Source: Eledone cirrhosa
Taxonomy: Eukaryota
DNA length: 64,000 nt
Assembly: GCA_964016885.1 (NCBI GenBank)
Contig: OZ024745.1
Location: forward strand, 43,214,001 to 43,278,000
Reading direction: 5' to 3'
The notes beneath the pieces are model-generated. The model was not told where the DNA came from and did not search any database. It saw only the letters and a program-made list of their open reading frames with translations. Made by a program: the position numbers and the translations under genes. Below, piece by piece: positions 1 to 11,084 of the stretch; the stretch's first letter is position 1; each line of letters begins with the position of its first letter.

Positions 1-967
1 TGGAGTTAATATTATAGTTTGTGGAACTGGTAGAGCATTCTGTATAATTGCCATTTTCAAACATTGCTTCCAAAACACTTAATGACACGTTTGAAATGGA
101 TTCCAATTTAAATTCTAGTTCATCTCCTCGACGGAAAAGGGCTGAAATTTCATCAGCAAAAATATTGGCATTTATCGAAAGATTATTTTTTAAATGAGGA
201 TAAAGGAGATATTTCATTGATTGATCGTTTGAAGATAAATCAACTTTTTTAGGCTCTAATTTTTGAGCCCATTTGTAATTTATTTTTCCGTTTCTTAAAT
301 TGCTTTGGACTTTCTTTTTTATTTTATTTTGTAAAACTGAATCTGCTGAAATCTTTTTCCTATCTTCTATACTGTTTGCTATTTTCTTTTGATTTTGACA
401 TGAGGAAGCAGAGAAATCCCGAGAAATATTTAGTTCATAAAACATTTTAATCCAGCATGTAAACAGCATTAACATCCTGATATTGTTTGCAATAAGTTGT
501 TCAACCGGAATCACTTTATCTACTTTTAATATATAAAATGCATCCTGGAGAAGTTTGTAATTCAATAAATAACCCGTCGAAGAAGGACCCGCCTTGATTT
601 TCTTCACTGAGATAACTCCTGGGTGGACCATATTTAGAAGTCGACAATAAGCAACACCGTTTGATAGTTTGGTAACATCAGTATAATTTGTGCTTAGTGT
701 ACTATTTACCCAAATCATGAGGCTTTTCCGACCACATCCTCGAACACTTTTCGGGGTTTTCAGACGGTCCATTCTTGTGTTTAACGAAACTAAAATATTT
801 AATTTACTTTCTTTCTTTCTTTGTCGCTGTCTTACTTTACTCTTTCCTTTTGGTTTCATAGATAAATTGTTTATGACGTAAATATTTTCTCGTTGTAAGT
901 TAATTTTCACCTTTTCGTCTATATTGTAGCACAAATAAAGATATAAAATCAATGCAAACTTTAACAT
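1..967 (-). CDS. Intronless, divergent EB1/MAPRE (RP/EB family)-like protein with a calponin-homology domain; ORF runs off the left edge (at least 322 codons)
   Basis: Manual translation of the minus strand is open from ATG 967 (alternative ATGs at 859, 772, 718) to base 1. The segment GRKSLMIWVNSTLSTNYTDVTKLSNGVAYCRLLNMVHPGVISVKKIK...YLLNYKLLQDAFYILKVDKVIPVEQLIANNIRMLMLFTCWIKMFYELN aligns by eye with the EB1 CH domain (SRHDMLAWIN...LCSGAAYCQFMDMLFPG...NFKILQ..F...VDK.IPVDKLVK...FVQWFKKFFDAN). It is missing from the ORF track because no stop codon falls in the window. Confidence 0.8.
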   Translation of the reverse strand, partial: MLKFALILYLYLCYNIDEKVKINLQRENIYVINNLSMKPKGKSKVRQRQRKKESKLNILVSLNTRMDRLKTPKSVRGCGRKSLMIWVNSTLSTNYTDVTKLSNGVAYCRLLNMVHPGVISVKKIKAGPSSTGYLLNYKLLQDAFYILKVDKVIPVEQLIANNIRMLMLFTCWIKMFYELNISRDFSASSCQNQKKIANSIEDRKKISADSVLQNKIKKKVQSNLRNGKINYKWAQKLEPKKVDLSSNDQSMKYLLYPHLKNNLSINANIFADEISALFRRGDELEFKLESISNVSLSVLEAMFENGNYTECSTSSTNYNINS

Positions 968-1396
968 ATTCTACGAGTAGAAATTTCAACATGGTAAACA
1001 GTAGATTGTATATGTATTGTACTTTATGTACAGTGTACATGTATTGTAATTTATGCCTGTATTGTTTGATAATTCTCTGACAAAGATGTCGGACACAATT
1101 GAACATTTTATTTTTAAGAGACCTTATAAAATAGGCATGCACCGGAGTAGTTTCCCATTTTATCCAGGGTCTATTGAAGAATTTAAATTCAGGATTATAA
1201 ACTATTAAAACATTCGCTAATGTTTATAAGTTTACTAGGTAGATATACGTATAATCTTTCAATACTAGATAAATTTGACTGTTGAAATTTAAGCATCTTA
1301 GCCACAGCTAAGCAATGGCGTTCATAGAATACGATCCACTGACTTCTACGGTACTTCTACCTTAGAAGTACGAGTGTATTCTTTTAAAAAAAAAAA

Positions 1397-2075
1397 TTTT
1401 TTTTTTTTTTATTCGCCATAATAACATTTATAATTCTTTAATAAGACATTGTTAATGAAAAACAGAGAAGAAAGGTAAATAAATAATGTAACTTCGTCGG
1501 AACCTTAAAAATATTAGATGTTGTTCGAAGCAGACGATAGTATATACAAACACACACACATCGACCACAACTAAATATGGAATGATACGCGGTCAGAATG
1601 GAGAAGGCGTTTCCCCGGAGGACAGCAAGGGAGACGCGCTGGAAAAACCACTCCAACTCGTGGGGCTCACACTTGCGGCTGGCCAGCTCAGCGCCTATGG
1701 TGGTGAGTAGGGAGGTAGCCCTAGGGCCAAGGACACCAGAAGTCTCCACTGCCAGGGGTACAACCGCAAACCTGTCGGAGAGCGACCGGTATTTGAGGAG
1801 TTTAGCCTCCTCAGCCCGACGTGCAGCAGAACCCGGGTTAATCGCAGACTGCACCAGGTTGTGGCTGCAGAAAGTATCGGTGCAAGTGGCATCCCAGACG
1901 AGGGGTTTACCATCGCGGAACGGGAAGATGGTCATGCCATCTGGCCTTTTGCCGTCCCCTCGGTCCAGCCCCACCGGCTCGAGCTGGGAAGGGAAGCCTG
2001 CAGCGTCCAAGCCATGCTTTATGACTTCGTTGAGGGCAGCATGGCGTGGAAGGCGGCCGGCACTTGTCATTCATT
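1397..2075 (-). mobile_element. 3' fragment of a CRE-like non-LTR retrotransposon (restriction-like endonuclease domain)
   Basis: ORF 1438-2070 contains AGRLPRH..LNEVI, EPVGLDRGDGKRPDG, LVWDATCTDT, AEEAKLLKY, PLAVETSGVLG and FQRVSLAVLRGNA, typical of CRE-clade RLE domains. GC-rich relative to flanks, with an A-run at the minus-strand 3' end (~1397-1410). Confidence 0.8.
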
Positions 2076-2614
2076 CTTCCCTGGTGAGACCATTCCTTGC
2101 AAAACATGTAGAGATCTGAAGATGTGCGAGTAAAATAGCAAATTTTCCATAAGGATAAAATAGTCGTTAATAAATCGTTCTTTATGGATCATTTTAAGGA
2201 CCTTTACAACATGTCCGCGGTCAGTGTGTGAGGTACAAAGGAAGTTATGGGGGCTTTTGGCGCTTCTCTAGAATAGCCCCTCCTCCCATGATATATTATG
2301 ATAGATAAGACAATAATATAATCCGAATTAATTTATTCCAAATTAGGTTGGGGTCGGGGCTACGGCTAGGGTTAATCCGAACTCATTTATTTAAATTAGA
2401 CTTAGGTTTATGCATTAAAGTTTATTTTTAAGGTTATTGTTTAGAGTTAGGGTGAGAATTTTGAGTTAAGTTTAGGTTTAGGGATAGAGTTTTCTGTTTG
2501 TATAGCTGTCAGCCTGGATTCAGTTAATTACAGGAAACTGATTAAATTAACCCTAACCCTAATCCTAATTATTACAAAGTCATCGTGCGGACACAACATA
2601 CCCAAATATTTAAA

Positions 2615-2900
2615 GAGCTCGCTTCGCAATCATTAGATCTCGGGTTCGATTTCATTGCTCAAGTGTCATTGTGCAATTGTCATTTACCATAGTTTCGGTT
2701 TGACCCATGCTTTTTGAATGAAATTGAGTAGACTGACATTGTCTGGAAGTTCGTCGAATAGACTGGACTTAAAAAGGGTCAGCCTTGTCACAATGAATCT
2801 CCCTGAGAATTATGTAAAGGATACACATGCCTAATTTCATGAGGAGGTTGTTTCGTTGATCAAAGAACTGGAACACTCATTGTCAAAATCGACGGAGGTC
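2615..2900 (+). mobile_element. Degenerate tRNA-derived SINE (same family as 10240-10578)
   Basis: B-box-like GGGTTCGAT at ~2642; the body matches the reverse complement of 10240-10578. Confidence 0.5.
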
Positions 2901-3229
2901 CATCGATCCATCGACCAGATCGTCAGTACACTCTAGATCGGTTACTATCTTCTCATGTATCCATCATATTTCACAACTTTTCTTGAAATACTTCCCTGCA
3001 AAACTTTCGTCAATTTTTATTATTTCACTCGTCTCATAGACAAGTGAAATATTGCAAGATGTAAATCTTAATAACGAAGGAAGATGTTCTGTAGAGAGAT
3101 ATAAAGTATAATTGAACCCGAAGAGATATTCCACTGTCCCCTATTGCCATGAAGATGTTCTGCAGAATTGACCCCGGTGTTGACAAGATTGTGAAGTAGG
3201 GTCAAGTAGATTTCATTATCCATTCTTAC

Positions 3230-3324
3230 CTCAGAATGTTGACCACAAGTCAGTGTCTTTTTACATTTGGCACATTTCAAGCAAGCTCTGTGCCAATCTT
3301 TTCCTAATGAAGACAATTTTTCAG
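3230..3324 (-). CDS. CRIP1: CRIP-like LIM-domain protein, coding exon 2 (95 nt)
   Basis: Minus strand has a polypyrimidine tract and TTTTACAG acceptor, then (A)[31 protein letters not shown], then a GTAAGA donor. Closely resembles CRIP1 [32 protein letters not shown]. Phase 1 joins exon 1 in frame. Confidence 0.92.
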
Positions 3325-3574
3325 CTGTAAAAGAGGGGGAGAGAAAAAAAAAATGAAATTAAATAAGAATAAAAACTAAAATAGCAAAAAAACAAAAAAC
3401 AAAAAAAAACAAAAACGGAGAATAGTTAAAACTTTCAGAATAGTCAATTACTCGTACAATGTATACGAATATTTCGACAAAGGACAAAATTCGAAAACCT
3501 CTTTGGCGCTCTAATGATATTTCTGCTGAACAAAGGTCCTGTTAAATTTACCAAACTTTCAAGTAAAAAATATG

Positions 3575-4562
3575 GTTTCTAGTGTAGTCACAAGGCCAGC
3601 AATTTAAGGGAAGGGAAAAATCGATTAAATCGACCCAGTGTGTGACTGGTACTTTATTTTATCGACTCCGTAAGAATGAAAGGCAAAGCTAACCTCGGCA
3701 GGATTTGAACTCAGAGTGTAAAGGGCCGTAACTCTATGCTGCGAATAATGTTAATGTTTAAACAAATAACGAACTTTACACCTTAATCGAGGTGATATAT
3801 CTCAGCTGCGCCCCGCGACAAAATGCCGAAAGCATTTAATCCGATGCTAACACTTCTGCCTGTAGCAGCTGTAATAGCTGTTTCTACTTTTGGCACAAGG
3901 CCAGCAATTATCCCAGTGCATTACTGGTACTTTATTTTATCGACCCCGTAAGGATGAAAGGCAAAGTTAACCTCGGCGGGATTTGAACTCAGATCGTAAA
4001 GGCCCGTAACTCCATGCCGCAAAGCATGGCGTCCAACCCTCTACCGATACTGCCAATCCACCGCCCTTGCAGCTGTAATAATAATTTCTGATTTAGGTAC
4101 AAGGCCAGTAATTTGGGGAGAAGGTAAAGTCGATTAAATCAACCCCAATGCGTTACTGGTACTTTATTTTATGGACCCCTTAAGGGTGAAAGACAAAGCT
4201 AACTACGGCTGGATTTGAACTCAGAATGTAAAGTGACGTAACTTTATGCCGAAAAACAAGTCCGACATCTACCATTACTGCCAATCCACCACTCTTGTAG
4301 CAGCTGTAATAATTGTTTCTACTTTTGGCACAAGGCCAGCAATTACCCAGTGTATTACTGGTATTTTATTTTATCGACCTCGTAAGGATGAAAGGCAAAG
4401 TTAGCCTCGGCGAGATTTGAACATTATTGCAGCAGCTGTAATAATGGTTACCTTATATAGACACAAGGCCAGCAATTTTGGGGAAGGGGAAAGTCGATTA
4501 AATTGACCCCAGTGCGTGACTGGTACTTTATTTTATCGACCCCGTAAGGCGGGATTTGAACT
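3575..4562 (-). mobile_element. Cluster of about 5 tandem tRNA-derived SINE copies
   Basis: Repeated CACAAGGCCAGCAATT...ACTGGTACTTTATTTTATCGACCCCGTAAGGATGAAAGGCAAAGTTAACCTCGGCGGGATTTGAACTC. The reverse strand gives a B-box GAGTTCAAATCC and a central GCCTTTCATCC..GGGTCGATAAAATAAAGTACCAG block resembling the Meta/MESC SINE core. Confidence 0.8.
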
Positions 4563-4599
4563 AGCCGTTTGAGTTGATTTTTCGCTGCTAGGGGCTACA

Positions 4600-5155
4600 G
4601 TAGGCAGAACAATTAAAATTTGATGAGTGAAAAATTGCATAATTGCACAATTGGTGCAAATTTGAATAAAATCGGCCGCAAACTTTAGAAGTTATTGACG
4701 TTGATACTTTTTTAATTTAGTTTTTTTCATACAGGGCCCGAATTAGATAAAATCTCGAAAAATCGATTAGTTCAAAATAATATTTGGTACATGAGGCATA
4801 GTTCTAAATTTGAAGGAAATCGGTCGCAAACTCTAGGCATTATAACGATGCGGATTTTTGCGATTCGTTTTTTCTAGTCCAGAGGGTGCACTAAACAAAA
4901 TGTTATGAGTCCAAAATAAAGTCGGGAACATAATGCATGTTTGTTCCGACTTGGAAGGAAATCGGATGTAAACTGTAGAAGTTATTGACAAAATGATTTT
5001 TTAAAGTCGGGTTTTCTCTTATAGAGGGTACAGTAGACACAAATTTGAAAATGTAATGAGTACGTACGAAGGTCAGGAGCATAACGCTTGTTTGTTCGAA
5101 ATTTGAAGAAAATCGGTTGCAAGTTGTAGAAGTTATGCGGAAACAGACACACACA
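4600..5155. repeat. Degenerate internal tandem repeats (~150 bp), probably a non-autonomous DNA element
   Basis: About four copies of AAATTTGAAGGAAATCGG..GCAAACT.TAGAAGTTAT, ending in GGAAACAGACACAC. Confidence 0.4.
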
Positions 5156-5239
5156 TGTATGTATGTATGTATGTATGTATGTATGTATGTATGTATGTAT
5201 GTATGTATGTATGTATGTATGTATGTATGTATGTATGTA

Positions 5240-6722
5240 TCATCATCATCATCATCATCATCATCATTTTACGTCCGCTTTTCCCTGCTTGCAAGGGTGG
5301 GACGGGTCTTATTCAGCACAGCATCTCTCCACTCGTCACGGTCCCTCGTCATCTCCACCGTGAGCTTCAATGATCTGAGGTCTGTTCTCACCACCTCCGC
5401 CCATGTTTTTCGTGGTCTACCTCTACCACGTCTTCCTTCAACTGGCATTTCCTGGCACTTCTTCACCCATCGGTCATCCTCCATGCGCATCACATGTCCA
5501 TACCACCTCAGTCTCCTCTCCCGTACACTACATTCTATCCCTCTCAGACACAGTTTCTCTCTCAACACATTTATGCTGGGTCGTTCACGCACATTTACAC
5601 TGCACATCCAACGGAGCATGCTTGCCTCATTTCTCTCCAGCCGTCGCATATCTTCTGCGGTAGCTGCCCATGTCTCACTACCATGCAGCATCGCGCTCCT
5701 CACACAGGCATCATACAACCGGCCTTTCGTACGCAGGGAGAAACCCTTCTTCGTCAACAGAGGAAGCAGCTCCCTAAACTTCTTCCAACCCGTCCTTATT
5801 CTAGATACTATGGCCTCGGAACACCCTCCTCCCATGCTAATCTGATCTCCTAGGTACCGGAAGCTATCCACCACTTCTATAGCGCCCTCTCGCATTTGAA
5901 AAATGTGTCTATCAGTGCGACTTCTACTGTCTAATTTCCCTGTACATCTACTGCATACATATTTCTCCCTACCTGTTAGTTTGCCTGCTATCCCGCTACA
6001 TCTCTTGTGTACCCAGGACCTACATTGTGTGCATTTTATAGAATTTATGCCAGTTCCTTTTCTGCATATCGAACATGGCCATTTCCCTGACGGAATCAGG
6101 GTTTTGTCCTCTTTTCTACTCATCAACACTTTTGTCTTAGCTAGATTTACTCTCAGTCCTCTTGCTTCCAACTGCTGTTTCCATAGCCGGAATTTATTCT
6201 CTAGCTCCTCTACTGATTCTGCCATAAGAGCCAGATCGTCAGCATAGAGAAGTTCCCATGGACAGCCAGTCTTAAACTCCTCTGTTATGGCTTGGAGGAC
6301 TATAATGAACAAGAGCGGGCTGAGGACCGAACCCTGATGTACTCCTACTTGTATCTGGAATTCCTCACTAAACTCCATTCCTACCCTGACTTTACTGAGA
6401 GTACCTCTGTACAAAGTTTGCACTGTCCTTACAAGCCATTCCTCAACACCCAGCTTCCTTAGGGACCACCAGATGACAGATCGGGGTACCCTATCAAAGG
6501 CCTTCTCTAGGTCAACAAAGGCTAAGTATAGTGGCTTATTCTTCTCTAAGAACCTCTCTTGCATTTGTCTCACCAAGAAGAGGGCATCTGTTGTACTCTT
6601 CCCAGGCACAAAACCAAACTGCATCTCATCTAGTTTGACCCTTTCTCGGGAATAGTTGCTGAGATGCTGAAGGCATCAGGGGACGTAGGCACTAAACTGG
6701 TTGCACGCATAATCAATCAGGC

Positions 6723-6726
<4 letters not shown>
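5240..6726 (-). mobile_element. 5'-truncated RTE-clade LINE with an inverted 5' segment, inserted in (TATG)n
   Basis: ORF 5269-6624 has QFGFVPGKSTTDA, FVDLEKAFD, GVHQGSVLSPLLF, YADD, FRYLG, LRWYGHVMRM and GRRGRGRPRKTW. A (GAT)n tail lies at 5240-5267. Segment 6649-6726 encodes GIVAEMLKASGDVGTKLVARIINQAI on the opposite strand. Confidence 0.92.
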
Positions 6727-6754
<28 letters not shown>

Positions 6755-6782
6755 TGTATGTATGTATGTATGTATGTATGTA

Positions 6783-6853
<71 letters not shown>

Positions 6854-7024
6854 GTTTATATTGTTGTCGTTGTTATTATTGTTGTTGTTATTATTATTAT
6901 TGTTAATATATATATATATATATACAGACATACATACTACATATACATATATATATATATATATATTTATTAAAATAACAGATTAAAGTTTAAGTAAAGA
7001 ATCGCTGCTTTCACCCTTAACGGG

Positions 7025-7138
<114 letters not shown>

Positions 7139-7220
7139 AAGTTAAATAAAAAGTCAAATGTTTAAAATTTAGCTTCGTTTATTACTGCTATATATATTTC
7201 AGTGACAGCCATCTTTGGCT

Positions 7221-7326
7221 GAAAGTATGACCCCGACGGCAGAGCTCAAGCCGTTTCGACGGCTATTTCTGAACTCAGAAATAGCCGTCGAAACGGCTTG
7301 AGCTCTGCCGTCGGGGTCATACTTTC
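7221..7326. repeat. Near-perfect 106-bp palindrome in a (TA)n region
   Basis: GAAAGTATGACCCCGACGGCAGAGCTCAAGCCGTTTCGACGGCTATTTCTGA, a 2-nt loop, then the exact reverse complement. A second copy is at 8359-8476. Confidence 0.9.
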
Positions 7327-7327
7327 T

Positions 7328-7397
<70 letters not shown>

Positions 7398-7437
7398 CAT
7401 ATACATACATATATATGTATATATATATATATGTATG

Positions 7438-7505
<68 letters not shown>

Positions 7506-7510
7506 CATAC

Positions 7511-7582
<72 letters not shown>

Positions 7583-7737
7583 GTATATATACATATATAC
7601 ATATGTAAGTTGTATCCACTGTAAGATGTGGGGTCTATTCTGTATGAAGAACTCAATGTAATCCATATGTTGAAAATGTTGTAGGTTAAGATAAATCTCA
7701 GAAAACAATAAAACATTAAAAGGAAAACAGAGTCATG

Positions 7738-8010
7738 ATATAAGTTAAAACAATGAAATAAGAAATCAAGTCATTAGAGATATACTTCACTGCTTTACGA
7801 TCGTTTCTAGATGGTGATAATACATTGTATCTATACTCAGTTATTGATCTATGTAAGTTTACAAACTATCAGATAGAGAGAATATTTACTTACATGCATA
7901 TCACCAGCTGTTTTCAAAAGCAATTGTATTATCACCATCTAGAAACGATCGTAAAGCAGTGAAGTATATATCAAATGACTAGATTTTTTATTTCATTGTT
8001 TTAACTTATA
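7738..8010. repeat. Inverted repeat (about 90-bp arms, about 95-bp spacer)
   Basis: 7738-7827 is the near-exact reverse complement of 7921-8010. The arms carry GAAAC-GATC-GTA, the 3' half of a hammerhead. Confidence 0.8.
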
Positions 8011-8078
8011 TATATATATATTTTTTTTCTCGTGCAATGGCCATACTCGATAACGAGGGGGCAGCCATCATCATCATC

Positions 8079-8117
<39 letters not shown>

Positions 8118-8119
<2 letters not shown>

Positions 8120-8338
8120 AAGGAACGATCGACTTTCGTCAAATCGGACCGAGGGAACAATGTTTCCGTTCGTCTTTCCAATTGCTAATACTATCTATCG
8201 GTCGCAACTCCAGGTAGAAGGAGCAACGTGAAATAAAGTGTCTTGCTCAAGGACATAACGCATCACCTGGTCCAGGAATCGAACTCACAACCTTACGATT
8301 GCGAATCCAATTCCCTAACCACTCAGCCACACGCCTTC
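8118..8338 (-). mobile_element. tRNA-derived SINE with a CORE-like block (inverse of 22431-22650)
   Basis: The reverse complement reads GGCGTGTGGCTGAGTGGTTAGG (A box)...GTGAGTTCGATTCC (B box)...TGTCCTTGAGCAAGACACTT. Confidence 0.7.
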
Positions 8339-8358
8339 ATATATATATACATATATAT

Positions 8359-8476
8359 ATAGGAGAAAGTATGACCCCGACGGCAGAGCTCAAGCCGTTT
8401 CGACGGCTATTTCTGAGTCCAGAAATAGCCGTCGAAACGGCTTGAGCTCTGCCGTCGGGGTCATACTTTCTCCTAT
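8359..8476. repeat. Near-perfect 118-bp palindrome (same family as 7221-7326)
   Basis: Same arms as 7221-7326 with loop AGTC. About 75 bp of unique sequence follows before (TA)n resumes. Confidence 0.9.
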
Positions 8477-8552
8477 TACCCACTCTAATACTCTAAGTAT
8501 TGAGTACTCTGGTGGGTTATGGTCCATGTGGTTCCTTACCACAACTCCTTCG

Positions 8553-8600
<48 letters not shown>

Positions 8601-8653
8601 ATTTAAAACTGCACTATCCACAAGTGTTTTTTAGCCTTCATATCATGTTCTCC

Positions 8654-8724
8654 TGTTTTATCTGATGAAAACACAAATATTATTGCATGATGATGTTTGT
8701 TTTTGAAATGCGCATAATAAAATA
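8654..8724 (+). ncRNA. Minimal type I hammerhead ribozyme in a solo Penelope pLTR fragment (8596-8758)
   Basis: TGTTTTAT-CTGATGA-[stem II]-GAAA-TGCGCA-TA-ATAAAATA. Nearly identical to 29036-29200. Confidence 0.7.
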
Positions 8725-8790
8725 CATGGAACTCCTTTAACCATCTTTTGATCTTATATTATATATATATATATATATATATATGTATGC

Positions 8791-8829
<39 letters not shown>

Positions 8830-9365
8830 TATATAGCGCGCGTGACATACACAACAGAAAGACGGTCAGTCTTATCTCCTCAATCAAACTGGGGAAATCA
8901 CTGTGGTTACGCTATTTTAAGGTCGATACTCTTCACCCATTGCACATTGCGACACCACAAAACAGATAGAGCCAAGTTATGCCTTTATGAATATTACACA
9001 AATATAGCGTGCGCAAAGGCTTAGCCAATGGAGAAAAATATAGAAAGGAGAGAAATAGTAAAACAAAAGAGAATAAAGACTATAGTCCAATGTGTAGACA
9101 AAGAAGGACACTGAGACGTAGAAAAGGTAAGAAGAGAGAATAGACGAAAACAGGCCGGACGGTGTGATGTCTATTATATGATAGTTTCAAAGCCCACGCG
9201 ACTAAGTCTTTAGAATATAAATTTAAAATAGGGAGCGCACAGGACAAAGCCAATAGAAAAAAACAACAACGGAAAGACCGAAGTCCCATCTTCTCAGTCA
9301 ACCTTTGGAAATCACTACGGTTTCGGTTCATTAAGGTTGTTACCATTCATTATATAAATATATAT

Positions 9366-9584
9366 ACGAGGTTCGGCTGAAAATTTCATAGGCTGAAAAG
9401 TTCATAGGCTGACCAAGATACGCTCATGCATGGAATAAGCAAATGACGTTTATTTTTCAGCATAGTCCCTGGAAAGAAAATGCAGTTATTAATAGGAGTT
9501 GGAATTAATGTATGCAGATTTCACAGATCTAGCACCAATCCTTCATAGTCAGCCTAGGAACTTTTCAGCCCCACCCACCTTGTA
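9366..9584. mobile_element. Tc1/mariner-type MITE remnant
   Basis: Imperfect TIRs (CGAGG..CGGCTGAAAAGTTCATAGGCTGAC / GTCAGCCTAGGAACTTTTCAGCC..CCTTG) bounded by TA. A related end occurs at ~48987. Confidence 0.55.
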
Positions 9585-10239
9585 CGTATAAATCAACTAG
9601 ATTAGAGAATTTGAACTTATTTCTTTAAAATTCTGAGCACTTTTATATTTTGTTTTAGTTTTCGATGCGTGGGCAATGTCGAATGTAAAGAACCACAAGA
9701 TTAAAGAACCGCAGTGAATCGCAAACACTTGTGTCAATAGACGTCTGTATAGAGAATCAACTAAACCAAGTGTCAATAGTGTTGTTGTTGATTCTATTAC
9801 AGAATTCTCCCTCTTCTCCCCCCCCCCTCTCCTTCCCTCTCTCTTTCTTTTTTCATACGCACACATTATATAGAAATGTTATATATATATATAAAGATAT
9901 ATAAAGACAGAGAGAGAGAGAGAGAGAGACACAGAGAGAGGGCGAGGGGTGGAGAGAAGAGAGAAAGTTCTATGTAGCTTCTCAGACAACGAGTAGGTTG
10001 TTGAATAATGAGTCATCGTGGAAAGTGAGGGAGGGGGAGGGGTGCATTCGCTAGCAGGTGGGTCTATTAGTGGTTAAGTCGGTCAACGTCGCTTTAAGAT
10101 ATACCCGTAAAATATGAAGCGACGCCCATCTAAGTACGAGTGTATTGCATCCTATTCAAATGTGTCAGTGTCAGGCTTTACTTAATGCTCTGCCAAAATC
10201 AAAAGTTTGAATTGGTCTTGCGTGGACGAAATGGAATAT

Positions 10240-10578
10240 ACCTCCGTCAGTTTCGACGATGATTGTTGCAGTTGTTCGATCGACTGAACATCCCGTGCAT
10301 GAAATTAAGGTGCAAGTTACTGAGTATTTCATAGACATGTGTAACCTTAACATAATTCTTAGGGAGATTCACCATAATACAATGTGTGACAAAGGTGACC
10401 CTTTGAATTACAGTTACAGTTCATTCAATGGGCTTCTTGACAGTTTCCGTCAACCCAATTTCACTCACAAGACATGGGTTGTTCCGTGGCTATGGTTAAT
10501 GATAATTTTCGTAGTGGGATCGAACCCGGGATCTAATGATTGTGAAGCGAACGCCTAACCATCAGGCAATCCTGCATC
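10240..10578 (-). mobile_element. tRNA-derived SINE
   Basis: The minus strand begins GCAGGATTGCCTGATGGTTAGGCGTTCGCTTCAC...CCCGGGTTCGATCCC (A and B boxes). Homologous to 2615-2900. Confidence 0.65.
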
Positions 10579-11084
10579 CACACGTGGACGAATTGAAACA
10601 CAACGCGCTACAAATCGTTTAAACCGTTTATTCGCTAAAGTGATTTTTGTGGTGTCCAGACAAACAACATTGGGAGGACAAAGAACAAAGATGACACCGG
10701 TGTGCAACGTCTTGTTTACGGTTAGCTCATAGATTATGTCCATGGGCAGCAGCATAGTTAGGGTGGTGGTGGTAATGGTAAGGGGAGCAGTCCATTCGGG
10801 CAACACTTTTATGGGGACGGCACTTTAAAAGGGAGTCACTGTACAATACGTATTTTTTGTGGGAGAGACGTGTGTCAGCGAGGACGGCAAACTCAAGGGA
10901 TGCCGAGAGGGGCACTGGATCTTGCTACGCTACTGTTCATGGTTTAGACTACAAGGACCTTAATATATAGGAGTTACTTTGAAAACTGTTAACAAAGTAA
11001 TTTAAGACCATATATAGACAGGAAATGAAAATCTCTAATAAAAAGCCATGTATATATTATTGAAGATGTATGTATGTAGATATG

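Noticed and set aside
900-1142. 80-aa minus-strand ORF from the track
   Set aside because: It is in a different frame from the EB1-like ORF it overlaps and has no motif; probably spurious.
2343-2568. Interstitial telomere repeats or telomere targeting by the nearby CRE element
   Set aside because: Only scattered degenerate TTAGGG/CCCTAA units, not at the element junction. Insufficient support.
968-3229. CRIP exon 3
   Set aside because: No H.GKPYC-like coding segment with splice sites was found by eye; it probably lies left of the window.
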